Source of the DNA: an uncultured Gemmatimonadales bacterium
GTDB lineage: Bacteria > Gemmatimonadota > Gemmatimonadetes > Gemmatimonadales > Gemmatimonadaceae
Length of the DNA stretch: 64,000 bases
Direction: 5' to 3'
Assembly (NCBI GenBank): GCA_963793305.1
Contig: CAWBZV010000003.1
Coordinates: forward strand, 1,280,001-1,344,000
Numbering within the stretch: position 1 is the first letter of the stretch; every line of letters starts with the position of its first letter. Below the pieces are notes generated by a model. It made no database searches and was not told the origin of the DNA. It saw only the letters and a program-made list of their open reading frames with translations. This document shows, piece by piece, positions 49,374 to 59,733 of the stretch. Position numbers and translations under genes: made by a program.

Positions 49374-50939
49374 ATGTCCGCGACCGCCCTGCCACTTCCT
49401 GCCGATCGCTACGCGAACAAGTGGCCGATCGCCTTCGCGGTCACGTTGGGCGCGGTCATTGAGCTCATCGACACCAGTATTATCAACGTCGCCCTCCCGC
49501 ACATCAGTGCCAATCTTGGCGCGACGATCGAAGAAGTGACGTGGGTGTCGGTCGGCTACATCCTGGCGGCGGTGATTGTGCTGCCCATGACCGGATGGCT
49601 GTCCGCGTTCTTCGGCCGCACCCGCTACTACATCGGCTCGATCATCCTGTTCACGATCGCGAGCTTCCTCTGCGGCGCGTCACGCTCGCTCGAGGTGCTG
49701 GTGCTCTGTCGCATCATCCAGGGCATCGGGGGCGGGGCGCTCATCGCGACCTCACAGGCGATCCTGTACGAGAGCTTCCCGCCCGACGAACAGACGCTCG
49801 CCGCGGCGATCTTCGGCATCGGCATGATGATCGGCCCGGCGATCGGACCGACGCTTGGCGGCATTATCGTCGATCGCTACGACTGGCCGTGGATTTTTTA
49901 TATCAACATCCCGATCGGCTTCGTCGCGACGATCATGATCCTCACGTTCGTGAAAGATCCCGTGCACGAACACAAAGCGGGCCGATTCGATTTCGTCGGA
50001 TTTGCCCTCCTGGCCGGCGGCCTGGGTTGTCTCCAATTCGTGTTGGAGCGCGGCGAACACTACGACTGGTTCGAATCGAACCTGATTCGCGGGCTGACCG
50101 GCGCCGCGACGATCATGTTGGTCTCGTTGATCTGGTGGGAGCTGCACATCGACCAGCCCATGATCAACCTCCGGTTGCTCAAGCATCGAAGCCTGGCGGC
50201 CGGGTGCCTGGCTATGGGCGCCGTTGGTCTCGCGCTCTATGGCAGTATCTTCGCCGTCCCGCTGCTGACCCAGAATCTCCTCGGCTACGACGCGGCCACG
50301 ACGGGATGGGTTCTGTTTCCGGGAGCCGTAGGGAGTGCCATCGGCATGTTCGGCATTACCCGGCTGCCCAAGAACATCGACCGTCGCATGATCGCGGCAA
50401 CCGGCGCGCTGATCCTGGTCGTCGCCATGTTCATGCACGGTCAGTTCACCACAATGACCGGGCGGCAGCAACTCTTCTGGCCGATCGTGTTACGGGGTGT
50501 CGGGGCAGGTCTCATGTTCGTGCCCTTGGCGGCCTCGACCGTAGCAGGGCTCAAAGGCCCGGACATGGCCCAGGGCAGCGCCATGTTCAACCTGGCGAGG
50601 CAGCTGGGCGGAAGCTTCGGCCTGGCTTGGTTGGCGACGCAACTGACAACGGCAACGGCAGTTAACCGGGCCAACCTCGTCACGTATATCAACTGGACGA
50701 ACCCAGAGGTACAGAGGCGGCTGGCAATGATCACCGCCGCGATGCAGACCCGGGTGGGCGATCCGGTGCTGGCCGCGCGCCAAGCGCGGGCGATTCTCGA
50801 TCGCATGGTCCAAGCGCAAGCGCTCATACTGACCTACGACCAACTTTTCCGGATCGTCGGCGTCGTCATCTTCTGTTGCCTGCCACTCATCTTCCTCCAG
50901 AAAAAGCCCTCCGGCGGCGCACCCAGCGATTTGCATTAA
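49374..50939 (+). CDS. DHA2 (EmrB/QacA) MFS efflux transporter
   Basis: DTSIINVALP, RIIQGIGGG, GPAIGPTLGG, WIFYINIPIG, RQLGGSFG. Confidence 0.93.
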   Translation: MSATALPLPADRYANKWPIAFAVTLGAVIELIDTSIINVALPHISANLGATIEEVTWVSVGYILAAVIVLPMTGWLSAFFGRTRYYIGSIILFTIASFLCGASRSLEVLVLCRIIQGIGGGALIATSQAILYESFPPDEQTLAAAIFGIGMMIGPAIGPTLGGIIVDRYDWPWIFYINIPIGFVATIMILTFVKDPVHEHKAGRFDFVGFALLAGGLGCLQFVLERGEHYDWFESNLIRGLTGAATIMLVSLIWWELHIDQPMINLRLLKHRSLAAGCLAMGAVGLALYGSIFAVPLLTQNLLGYDAATTGWVLFPGAVGSAIGMFGITRLPKNIDRRMIAATGALILVVAMFMHGQFTTMTGRQQLFWPIVLRGVGAGLMFVPLAASTVAGLKGPDMAQGSAMFNLARQLGGSFGLAWLATQLTTATAVNRANLVTYINWTNPEVQRRLAMITAAMQTRVGDPVLAARQARAILDRMVQAQALILTYDQLFRIVGVVIFCCLPLIFLQKKPSGGAPSDLH

Positions 50940-51559
50940 CGCTGGTCGCGCTTGCCGTCCTCGTCACCACCGTTGTCGTCGTCGCGAACCACGCCGAGAC
51001 GCAGTGGCTGAGATCAATGCGCCACGGTATCTCGGTCGTGCGGCACACCGCCGGCCGCGGCGTCGCGCGCATCGCGTTCGTGGTCGTGTATACGGTCCTC
51101 TTGACCATCGGCTTGCCCGGCGGACCGTTAATGATTCTCGGTGGGGCCGCATTCGGTCCCATCACCGGGTCGATTTTGAACCTGACCAGTATCACGCTCG
51201 GCGCCGCCGGAGGGTATTGGCTCGCGAGAACCCTGGGTCATCGCATCCCGCGCCGCGCGCTGCACATCGAGCCGCCGCACAATGTGACGACACTGATCTC
51301 GCTGCAGATCAACCCATTGGTACCGAACAGCATCTTGAACCTCGCCGCGGGCCTCGCCCGAGTCGATTTTCGGACCTATATGGTCAGCGTCGTGGTCGGG
51401 AACGTCGCGCCCACGATTGCCTACAGCTATTTCGCGGGCGCACTACTGTCCGCGGGTGGTGCCAACGGCGGGGTTGGACGGGAATTGTGGATCGCGGCGA
51501 TTGTACTGGCGGTAATCCTGCTCGCGCCGATATTTGCCGGGAGATGGCGAACAACCTGA
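50876..51559 (+). CDS. TVP38/TMEM64 (VTT/DedA-like) membrane protein (start uncertain)
   Basis: LPGGPLMILGGAAFG...GYWLAR...PLVPNSILNLAAG. Confidence 0.75.
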   Translation: MPATHLPPEKALRRRTQRFALTLVALAVLVTTVVVVANHAETQWLRSMRHGISVVRHTAGRGVARIAFVVVYTVLLTIGLPGGPLMILGGAAFGPITGSILNLTSITLGAAGGYWLARTLGHRIPRRALHIEPPHNVTTLISLQINPLVPNSILNLAAGLARVDFRTYMVSVVVGNVAPTIAYSYFAGALLSAGGANGGVGRELWIAAIVLAVILLAPIFAGRWRTT

Positions 51560-52848
51560 CTGTGCCGACCGTCGAGCACTTCGTGTTCTTCGAGGCGTTG
51601 GGCGCGATCGTCGATCGCACCGAACGCGGCGGCCTGTCCGCGGAAGACGCCGAGGCGGTCCCCGAGTACCGGCTGGTGCTCGCGGGCCTGCTGACGTTGC
51701 GCCTCGTCGATGGCTGGGTGGCGGCCGTCGCCGAGGGCGGAGAGGCGCCGAGTCTCAAGCACATCGCCAGCGCCCAGCGCGCGGTGCGCGCGTGCGAGGT
51801 CAGTCCGGTCCGGAACGCGCTCGAGGCGCTGGTGACCGCCATGACCGAGTCATGGGGCGTGGCCTCGTCGGAGGTCATCGCACAGGCATTCGCGTATGCG
51901 CGACTCCTGCAGGATGATTCGGCGTGGGCCATCGCGGCCGATACCTATCAGTCGGTCGTGGCCTGTTCCGACGCATCGCACGACGCGGGCCTCGCACCGG
52001 TCGCGTTGCTGAATATGGCCGCCTGTCTCCGGACATGCGGTCGCCTGACCGATGCGGATCGGGCGTATGCGCGCGCGTTCGAGGCGGCCACCGCGGCCGG
52101 CGACACCTATCACGCGCTCTTGAGCCGCATCGGCGCCGCCAACGCCGTCGCCAATCGCGGCAACCTGCCGCGCGCCGAGGCATTGCTCGATGAGATCATC
52201 CGCGAGACCGAGGCGCTCGTCCCCGGCGCGCCCGCGTTGATGGATGTGATGGCGCGCGCCAAGCACGATCGTGGCGTCGTTGTCGTGGATCGCGGTGATC
52301 CCGCGCGGGCGACGGACGATTTCTTCGATGCGTTCGAGGCGTACACGGAGCCCAAGCGCCGGACGCGCGCGCTGGTTGATCTCGCCAACGCGCTGACCGC
52401 CCTCGGCGCCCGCGCCGCGGCGCGCGATGCGTTTCACTTGAGTCTCGGCGCGACCACCGATCGCGAAGTCCGATGGGTGGTGAGCATCAACTTGCTCGAG
52501 CTCGCGCAGCTCGATGGCGAGGAGACCGTGTTCGAGCGGTGGCGCCGCGACATCGGCGATGCCGATCTCCCGCCGCGTCTCCGCGCGTACTACCTGCTCT
52601 ACTCCGGCTTCGGCCTGTACCAGTTCGGCCGCTCCGATGCCGCTCGCGCGGCGCTGGCCGGCGCGCTCGTCATCGCCGAGCGCCACGAGTTGGGCGAAGT
52701 CGTGATGCGCGCCGACAGCGCGCTGTCGGCGATCGATCGCAACGAACGGTTGCCGGTGACGGGTGCGAGCGCCCCCAGCGCGCCTGGGGTGGCTCGCATC
52801 GTCGACCGGCTCCGTGTGATGCGCGCGCGGCAGCCGACTACTGCGTGA
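51544..52848 (+). CDS. TPR-like helical repeat protein
   Basis: TPR-like repeats (GRLTDADRAYARA, GNLPRAEALL, HDRG); N-terminus homologous to 55492..56136. Confidence 0.75.
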   Translation: MANNLTVPTVEHFVFFEALGAIVDRTERGGLSAEDAEAVPEYRLVLAGLLTLRLVDGWVAAVAEGGEAPSLKHIASAQRAVRACEVSPVRNALEALVTAMTESWGVASSEVIAQAFAYARLLQDDSAWAIAADTYQSVVACSDASHDAGLAPVALLNMAACLRTCGRLTDADRAYARAFEAATAAGDTYHALLSRIGAANAVANRGNLPRAEALLDEIIRETEALVPGAPALMDVMARAKHDRGVVVVDRGDPARATDDFFDAFEAYTEPKRRTRALVDLANALTALGARAAARDAFHLSLGATTDREVRWVVSINLLELAQLDGEETVFERWRRDIGDADLPPRLRAYYLLYSGFGLYQFGRSDAARAALAGALVIAERHELGEVVMRADSALSAIDRNERLPVTGASAPSAPGVARIVDRLRVMRARQPTTA

Positions 52849-53272
52849 CGACCAGCGTGCCGTGCATGTACGTGTGAATCGAGCAGTGCCACGTGTACGT
52901 GCCCGGCGTCGTCGGCGTGCCGTCCGTCACCACGGAGTTCGTGACACCCGTGGCATTGCCGTTGGTGAAGCCGAGGTTGGGCAATCCATTCGCGGCGTCC
53001 CACGTCACCGTGTGCGGGACGTTGTCGAACTTGAAGCTGACCGCGGTGCCCGCGGCCACCGTGTCGGGCGTCGGGTTGAAGAAATACGTGCACGATGTGT
53101 TGCTCCCCCCGTACGCACCGCCGCTCGTGGTGCATCCCAGTGCGCTGCCAACTGCTTCGACCTGCGCGTTGTGTCCGCCCGTTGGTCCATTGGCTGGCGC
53201 GGTGCTCGAACTGCAAGCTGCGGCGGCCAGCACGCCTGTGACCGCGGCGGCGATCGCGTAGACTCTCACCAT
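52838..53272 (-). CDS. Plastocyanin/cupredoxin-like lipoprotein
   Basis: Lipobox AAAC; HTVTW and YTWHCSIHTYMHG type-1 copper ligands. Confidence 0.88.
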   Translation of the reverse strand: MVRVYAIAAAVTGVLAAAACSSSTAPANGPTGGHNAQVEAVGSALGCTTSGGAYGGSNTSCTYFFNPTPDTVAAGTAVSFKFDNVPHTVTWDAANGLPNLGFTNGNATGVTNSVVTDGTPTTPGTYTWHCSIHTYMHGTLVVTQ

Positions 53273-53374
53273 TTCCCTCGTTGAAGAAGACGATAGCAAC
53301 GTAGGGCGAGGGGCATCTACGCCACCCTGATGTTGGGGTGAATATCCACTGCTTTGGGGTGTATGTTGCGGGCC

Positions 53375-54958
53375 ATGGAATCCAGACGGCAGTTCGTCCT
53401 CAGTGGGATCGCCGCCGGTGCAACTGCGCTGTTGCGAAACGCGCCATCCCCCTCGCGTGCGCAAGACAATTTCGAGCTCGCCGAATTAACGGTGTCCGAC
53501 CTGCAAGCGGGCATGCAGTCAGGTCGCTGGACCGCGCGCAGTATCGCCGAGCACTATCTGGCGCGCATCGATCAAGTCGACAAACAGACGCACGCGGTGC
53601 TCGAAACCAACCCGGACGCGTTGCACATTGCGGATGCGCTCGATGCGGAGCGCAAGACCAAAGGTCCTCGCGGTCCGCTCCACGGTATTCCCGTGCTGAT
53701 CAAGGACAACATCGCGACCGCTGATCGCATGCAGACGACCGCCGGCTCATTGGCACTCGTCGGCAGTCTGGTTCCACGCGATGCGTTTATCGTCACCCGC
53801 TTGCGTGCCGCCGGCGCGGTCATCCTCGGCAAAACGAACTTGAGCGAGTGGGCGAATTTCCGTTCCACGCACTCGTCGAGCGGCTGGAGTGGTCGCGGTG
53901 GTCAAACGCGGAACCCCTATGCGCTCGATCGTACCCCGTCCGGCTCGAGCTCTGGCTCAGGCGTTGCGGCGGCCGCGAATCTCGCCGCGCTCACGATCGG
54001 CACCGAGACCGACGGCTCCATTCTTTCACCCTCGTCTTGTAATTCCTGTGTGGGAGTCAAGCCGACGATTGGTCTCGTGTCTCGTGCAGGCATTGTCCCG
54101 ATCTCGCACAATCAAGACACCGCCGGTCCCATTGTTCGCACGGTACGTGATGCCGCTATCCTGTTAACCGTCCTCGCTGGCGTTGATCCGAGAGACAAAG
54201 CCACGAGACCAAAAGGTGTCGACTACGCGGCCAGCCTCGATCCCAATGCACTCCGCGGTGCTCGTATCGGAATTGCCCGGAAGAACTATTTCGGCTACAG
54301 CTGGATCACCGACAAAATCGTGAACGAAGCGATCGACGCGATGAAGCGCCTGGGCGCCGTGATCATCGACCCGGCGGATATCGAGACCGCGGGCAAGTAT
54401 GACGCGGCCGAGCTCGAGGTGTTGTTGTACGATTTCAAAGCGGATCTCAACGCGTATTTGGCCGATCTGGGTCCGGGCGCTCAGGTTCGCACGCTCGCCG
54501 ACGTGATTGCCTTCAACGAGGCGCACGCGGACACGGAGATGCCGTATTTCCGGCAAGAGCAGATGGTGGCGGCGCAGGCCAAGGGCCCGCTGACGAGCCC
54601 CAAATATCTCGCGGCCCTCGCCAAGTGCCACCAGATGGCGCGCACCGATGGCATTGATCACACCATGACCCTCCACCGTCTCGACGCGATCGTCGCGCCG
54701 ACCGGCGGCCCGCCCTCGCCGATCGACCTCGTCGACGGCGATGGCGGTAGCGGTGGGTCGAGCACGACGCCGACCGCGGTCTCGGGCTATCCCGCCGTCA
54801 CCGTGCCAGCCGGGTACGCGTTCGGCCTACCGGTTGGGGTCTCGTTTATGGGGCGAGCATTTTCTGAGGCCAAACTCCTCTCATTGGCGTACGCGTTCGA
54901 GCAGGAGACCAAAGTGCGCCGCCCGCCCGAGCTCAAGCCAACCGTCTCGCTGACGTAA
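53375..54958 (+). CDS. Amidase-signature family enzyme with Tat signal
   Basis: SRRQFV twin-arginine; GPLHGIPVLIKDN, GKTNLSEW, GSSSGS, GTETDGSI. Confidence 0.92.
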   Translation: MESRRQFVLSGIAAGATALLRNAPSPSRAQDNFELAELTVSDLQAGMQSGRWTARSIAEHYLARIDQVDKQTHAVLETNPDALHIADALDAERKTKGPRGPLHGIPVLIKDNIATADRMQTTAGSLALVGSLVPRDAFIVTRLRAAGAVILGKTNLSEWANFRSTHSSSGWSGRGGQTRNPYALDRTPSGSSSGSGVAAAANLAALTIGTETDGSILSPSSCNSCVGVKPTIGLVSRAGIVPISHNQDTAGPIVRTVRDAAILLTVLAGVDPRDKATRPKGVDYAASLDPNALRGARIGIARKNYFGYSWITDKIVNEAIDAMKRLGAVIIDPADIETAGKYDAAELEVLLYDFKADLNAYLADLGPGAQVRTLADVIAFNEAHADTEMPYFRQEQMVAAQAKGPLTSPKYLAALAKCHQMARTDGIDHTMTLHRLDAIVAPTGGPPSPIDLVDGDGGSGGSSTTPTAVSGYPAVTVPAGYAFGLPVGVSFMGRAFSEAKLLSLAYAFEQETKVRRPPELKPTVSLT

Positions 54959-54996
54959 CACGGAACCTCTGTTCTCGTCGTCGTACACGTACGGCG

Positions 54997-55506
54997 ATGA
55001 CGAGCAGCATAACGGCCAACGACCACGTGTTTGGACCGGCGGACGCGCCGGTCACGCTTCTCATGTACGGCAACTACGAATGCCTGCATTGCCGGCGGGT
55101 GTATCCGGAAGTTGCCGCCATCCGTGCCGACCTCGGCGCTGACTTGCGGTTCGTGTATCGACACTTCGCGCTGACCGCGGATTTTCCGCACGCGGAATTG
55201 GCGGCCGAAGCGGCCGAAGCAGCGGGGGCGCAAGGGCGATTCTGGGAGATGCACGAAGCGTTGTCCCTCCGTGCTCCGTCACTGGTACGCGAGGCGCTAC
55301 TCGCCGAAGCCGAGCGCTTGCACCTGGATGTGGCCCGTCTCGCCGCTGATCTCGATGGGCACACGTACCGCGCACTCGTCCGTGAGAAGACGACTGGTGC
55401 GTTGGCGTCAGGCGTGCGCAGCACGCCGACGTTCTTTGTGAATGACATGCACGTCGAGGACCCGTGGGACCTCGACGGTCTGCGCGCCGCGTTACAGCGC
55501 GCCTAA
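54997..55506 (+). CDS. DsbA/thioredoxin-like protein
   Basis: DHVFGPADAPVT..YECLHC, FVYRHF, GRFWEMH, GVRSTPTFFVN. Confidence 0.88.
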   Translation: MTSSITANDHVFGPADAPVTLLMYGNYECLHCRRVYPEVAAIRADLGADLRFVYRHFALTADFPHAELAAEAAEAAGAQGRFWEMHEALSLRAPSLVREALLAEAERLHLDVARLAADLDGHTYRALVREKTTGALASGVRSTPTFFVNDMHVEDPWDLDGLRAALQRA

Positions 55507-56136
55507 CGCGAGCGCTCTGACGTGCGGCAGTCCGGCGCGTTCCGCGGCGCCGATGGTCTCATTGATGATCGCGCGTGCCTCGCCAATCCGGCCGCGACGC
55601 GACGCAACGCTCGCTTCGGCGATCCGCATTCTGAGCTCGCCGACGACGTCGCCTCGACGCAGCGCCAACGCTTGGGCCTCGCGGAAGCTCTGCGTGGCTT
55701 CGTCGAAGCGACCGAGCGCTCGCAGGGCTTCGCCGCCGCGCTCATACGCTTCGGCCGCGATCGCCGCGTGCAGCGGAATCTCGAGCTGCGCGAGCAGCGT
55801 CTCGTAGACATTGACCGCCAACGCCCACTCGGCCACTTCGTGCAAGCGAGCCGCGTAGGTGTGCAAGGCATCAACGACGCGTTGGCGACGCAGTCGCCAC
55901 GCACTGCCGACGGCCGAGAACAGCGCGATGAGCGCGGGGTACAACGGCGACTCGCGATCGACTTGGGAGACGGCATGTCGCACCCGACGGAGCTCACGCC
56001 AACTCGGCCGACGGCCGGACACACGCCGGTCGGCGAGTCGAATCGTGACGAGCCCCGCCGACGTTGTTCGCCAATCCGCGCTGTCCGGCGTACATCGGCT
56101 CAACACTTGAAAGAACGGGATGTGTAATGAGGACAT
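55492..56136 (-). CDS. TPR-like protein, short paralog of 51544..52848
   Basis: HIPFFQVL...AGLVTIRLAD...WALAVNVYE...LGRFDEA; 214 aa. Confidence 0.7.
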   Translation of the reverse strand: MSSLHIPFFQVLSRCTPDSADWRTTSAGLVTIRLADRRVSGRRPSWRELRRVRHAVSQVDRESPLYPALIALFSAVGSAWRLRRQRVVDALHTYAARLHEVAEWALAVNVYETLLAQLEIPLHAAIAAEAYERGGEALRALGRFDEATQSFREAQALALRRGDVVGELRMRIAEASVASRRGRIGEARAIINETIGAAERAGLPHVRALALGAL

Positions 56137-56227
56137 ATCTTATTAAAGACGCATATCTGGTGCGCGTCCTCCATGTCTTACCGAGCAGGGATCGCGCCCC
56201 ACGCGCGTCGCCCGTAGATTTGTGACG

Positions 56228-57472
56228 ATGAAGCAACGGGTTGTCGTCACTGGCATGGGCGCGCTCACGCCGATCGGAAACACGGTCGGCGAGTTTTGGT
56301 CCGCGGCCCTGCGCGGTGAAAGCGGTGCCACTCCTATTACGCGGTTCGACGCGTCGGCGTTCGATACGCGCTTCGCTGCCGATGTCAAAGGCTTCGATCC
56401 GCTCGAGCACCTCGATCGCAAGCTCGCGAAGCGACTCGATCCGTTCTGTCAGTACGCGATCGTTGCGGCCGATGAGGCCCTGCGAGATGCCGGCATCACT
56501 CCCGCGGCGCTCTCAACCGAGGCCAAGTCCCGCATTGGCGTGATCTTTGGTAGTGGCATCGGCGGGATACAGACCTTGCAGGCGCAATCGGCCGAGTTCC
56601 AGAAACACGGCCCCAACCGGTTATCGCCATTCTTCGTTCCGATGATGATCTCGGACATGGCGGCCGGCATCATCTCGATCCGCCACGGCTTCACCGGACC
56701 GAACCATTGCGTCGTCTCCGCCTGCGCGACGGGGAATCACAATATCGGCGATGGTCTCGCGGCGATTCGCGCGGGGGACGCCGACATCGTGCTGTGTGGC
56801 GGCAGCGAGGCCGTGATCTGCGAGCTCGGCGTCGGTGGGTTCTGCGCCATGCGCGCGATGTCCACGCGCAACGACTGCCCGCAGATGGCGAGCCGACCGT
56901 TCGACAAGGATCGCGACGGCTTTGTCATGGGCGAGGGCGCGGCCGCGCTCGTGCTCGAATCCCTGGAGCACGCCGAGAAACGCGGCGCGCGCATCTACGC
57001 CGAGCTGCTGTCCGTGGGCTCGTCGGCCGACGCGTATCACATGACCGCGCCACACCCGGAAGGGCTCGGCGCGCGCCTGGCAATGGCTGCCGCACTGCGC
57101 GATGGCGGTATCACGCTCGACGACGTCGACACCATCAACATGCACGCGACCTCTACACCACTCGGTGACGAGTCGGAGTCGCGGGCCATCAGAACGCTGT
57201 TCGGTGACAAGGCGGACCGCATCACGGCGACATCGACCAAGAGCATGACGGGCCACATGCTCGGCGCGGCCGGTGCGGCCGAGGCGATTCTGTCGATCCT
57301 GAGCATCGTGCACGGCGTCGTACCGCCCACGATCAACGTGCGGCAGCCCGACCCCGCGTGCGATCTCAGCTACGCGTTCAACACGCCGGTCGAGCGCCCC
57401 ATCCGCGTGGCGCTCAGCAACGCCTTCGGGTTCGGCGGCCACAACACGACGGTGGCGTTCCGAGCCCTATAG
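56228..57472 (+). CDS. fabF: 3-oxoacyl-ACP synthase II
   Basis: RVVVTGMG, SACATG, DAYHMTAP, NMHATST, KSMTGHMLGAAG, SNAFGFGGHN. Confidence 0.95.
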   Translation: MKQRVVVTGMGALTPIGNTVGEFWSAALRGESGATPITRFDASAFDTRFAADVKGFDPLEHLDRKLAKRLDPFCQYAIVAADEALRDAGITPAALSTEAKSRIGVIFGSGIGGIQTLQAQSAEFQKHGPNRLSPFFVPMMISDMAAGIISIRHGFTGPNHCVVSACATGNHNIGDGLAAIRAGDADIVLCGGSEAVICELGVGGFCAMRAMSTRNDCPQMASRPFDKDRDGFVMGEGAAALVLESLEHAEKRGARIYAELLSVGSSADAYHMTAPHPEGLGARLAMAAALRDGGITLDDVDTINMHATSTPLGDESESRAIRTLFGDKADRITATSTKSMTGHMLGAAGAAEAILSILSIVHGVVPPTINVRQPDPACDLSYAFNTPVERPIRVALSNAFGFGGHNTTVAFRAL

Positions 57473-57473
57473 G

Positions 57474-57752
57474 TCAGCGCAGAAAGCGCTCTGCCAGCTG
57501 CTCCAGACGCTCATCGTGGTCAGCCCGCGCCCGCGTGAGAATGCGCTCGACGTACGGCCGGAGCTTCCGCTCGCCCCAGTAGTATCCGGTCGCCATCTCG
57601 GCGCTGCCGGTCTCGCCGTCCCGCGCGGCTTCGAGCAGCGCGACCGCCGCGGCTTCGTCGAACGACGGGTCCTCGCGTGGCGGGAGATCAAACCGGCGGG
57701 CCGGGTTGCCCCAATGCCCGCCGGCATCATCATCGACGAATGCGCGGGACAT
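57474..57752 (-). CDS. Small hypothetical protein
   Basis: 92-aa ORF MSRAFVDDD..., tightly packed in a minus-strand operon. Confidence 0.6.
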   Translation of the reverse strand: MSRAFVDDDAGGHWGNPARRFDLPPREDPSFDEAAAVALLEAARDGETGSAEMATGYYWGERKLRPYVERILTRARADHDERLEQLAERFLR

Positions 57753-57755
57753 ACT

Positions 57756-58544
57756 CTACAACGGGACGATCTGCGAGCGAATGGTCTGCGTGCTCGCGGG
57801 CCCATCACCCGTGTCGGGGAACGACTCCACCAGTCGCATGATCTGCGTGACCTTCGATCCGAGATACCGGCCGGTCACACTCACATATTGCACACCGCGG
57901 ATCGTGCCGTCGCCCGCGACGCGCAGCACCTTCCCGCCCTCGGTGCCCTGGCCGCTCAGCGCGATGCTGCCCGTCCGTTCGATCCGCCACGCGCGCTCGC
58001 CCGCATAGGTCGTATCGCCCGTCACCTTCGACATCACGATCCGCTGGGTCGACACGGAGTCGAACGGCCCACGCTTGCCGGACCGCTCCTTCGACGTATC
58101 GGCCCACGCCGAGCCGGCCCCAACCGACGCGCGGAGCGCCGGCAGAAAATACTTAAATCCCCCGTACAGGCCGCGCAGGTTTCCGTCGGCGCTGGCCGGT
58201 GGATCGAACGCGTATATCTGCCCGGTTGGTGAAAGCATGCCGGTGAGCTTCACGCCCTTGGCCCACGACAGATCCTGTTTCGGCGCATCAAGCGCCGATT
58301 CTTGATCGATCGAATCAATCGTGACCGTGAGCGCAAGCGTGTCGCGCGACTGCTGCGTGAGATGGACCGTCACGACCTGCTTCGTCGTGTAGTCGAACTC
58401 GGCGGGCGCCCGGCCGCCGTTTTGATCGCGCTGATTCTGCGTGGCGATCTCGATGCGATATCGCTGTGTGCCAGGCGTGTAGGCGAATGTCTGGGCGCCC
58501 AGAGGCGCCGCGAAGACCAAGAGGGTGAGGCAGCGCATGACCAT
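57756..58544 (-). CDS. Secreted beta-rich hypothetical protein
   Basis: Signal peptide (LLVFAAPLGAQ); beta-strand pattern. Confidence 0.7.
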   Translation of the reverse strand: MVMRCLTLLVFAAPLGAQTFAYTPGTQRYRIEIATQNQRDQNGGRAPAEFDYTTKQVVTVHLTQQSRDTLALTVTIDSIDQESALDAPKQDLSWAKGVKLTGMLSPTGQIYAFDPPASADGNLRGLYGGFKYFLPALRASVGAGSAWADTSKERSGKRGPFDSVSTQRIVMSKVTGDTTYAGERAWRIERTGSIALSGQGTEGGKVLRVAGDGTIRGVQYVSVTGRYLGSKVTQIMRLVESFPDTGDGPASTQTIRSQIVPL

Positions 58545-58547
58545 AAC

Positions 58548-59594
58548 CTAATCGTGTCCGGGCGGCGTCGCTGTCATGACCCGCACCACCGGCGCGCCGC
58601 CGATGTCTTGCAGCGGGAAGTAGATCAAGTGGGTGCGTGGGTCCACCGCTACGGTGTGTGCGTGCGGTAACGCAAAATCGCCGTCACGGACCAGGCGCAT
58701 GCCATCATGCGCCGCGACTTCGGTAAACGCGGAGACCGTCCCCGACTCGGTCCCGACGTACAGTCGCCCCCACGCGGGATCGAACGCCAGCACATCGGGC
58801 TCGGCGCCGACGCTGTACGTGGCCACGACGCGATCGGAGGTGAGATCCAGCACGCCGACGCGGGCATTGGTTTCGCCGGCCACGAACGCCACGCGCCGGG
58901 CGGCATCGAGCGCGATCCCGTGTGGCCGCTGAATGCCCGGCACCGGCACGTGCGCCACGATGCGATTGGTTTCCGGGTCGATCACCACGATCTCGTTCGT
59001 CTCGTGCACCGCTACGAGGATGCACGCGGTCACGGGATCGTAGACGGTGTTACCCGCCTCGCCACCCACCGGGATGCGCGTCACCAGCGTGTCGGCGTAC
59101 ACGTCGATCACGGCATTGGCGCCACCGTGCTCGTCCGACACGAAGATGCGGCGCACGTTCGGCGCGTACGCGATGCCATCCGGATAATCGATCCCGCTGA
59201 TGCGAGCCAACACGCTATCGTTGCGCATGTCGACCACCGCCACTTGCTGGCGTCCGGTCACCGACGCATACAATCGCCCGAGCTCGGGGACGGCCCACAC
59301 GCCATGCACTTCCGAGAATCCGCCGAGGTCGGCGACCACACGCTGATTTTTCACGTCGACGATGAGCAGCGTGCCGGCGTCCATGTGGGCGACGTACAGA
59401 AGATCCGTGGTCGTATCGAGGCTCTGGTAGTCGAACCGCACCGCCGGGCCAGGCACCGGAATCTCGGCGACCGTCTTGAGCAAGAAAGCGCCGCGGCCTG
59501 GCCCAGGCGGCGGCGCAATGGCCACCGCTGGTGGTGTCGGCCTCGTCTTCGGCTGACAGGAGGGGAGATACAGGATCAGTGCAATCGCGAGCAT
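58548..59594 (-). CDS. YncE/YVTN beta-propeller protein
   Basis: RFDYQSLD...LYVAH, VHGV, YPDGIAY, AHTVAVDP; lipoprotein-like N-terminus. Confidence 0.82.
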   Translation of the reverse strand: MLAIALILYLPSCQPKTRPTPPAVAIAPPPGPGRGAFLLKTVAEIPVPGPAVRFDYQSLDTTTDLLYVAHMDAGTLLIVDVKNQRVVADLGGFSEVHGVWAVPELGRLYASVTGRQQVAVVDMRNDSVLARISGIDYPDGIAYAPNVRRIFVSDEHGGANAVIDVYADTLVTRIPVGGEAGNTVYDPVTACILVAVHETNEIVVIDPETNRIVAHVPVPGIQRPHGIALDAARRVAFVAGETNARVGVLDLTSDRVVATYSVGAEPDVLAFDPAWGRLYVGTESGTVSAFTEVAAHDGMRLVRDGDFALPHAHTVAVDPRTHLIYFPLQDIGGAPVVRVMTATPPGHD

Positions 59595-59733
59595 TGCCAC
59601 AATCGTACGGATTGCGCCCGCTATGTCCAGTCGCTGCAACGAGAAACAATTGTTACCGAGCACGGACAAAAGTCCGGATCCGGCGGTCGGTGGGTGGTGT
59701 CAGTTGGCTGACATCCCACTTACGGAGAACGGC

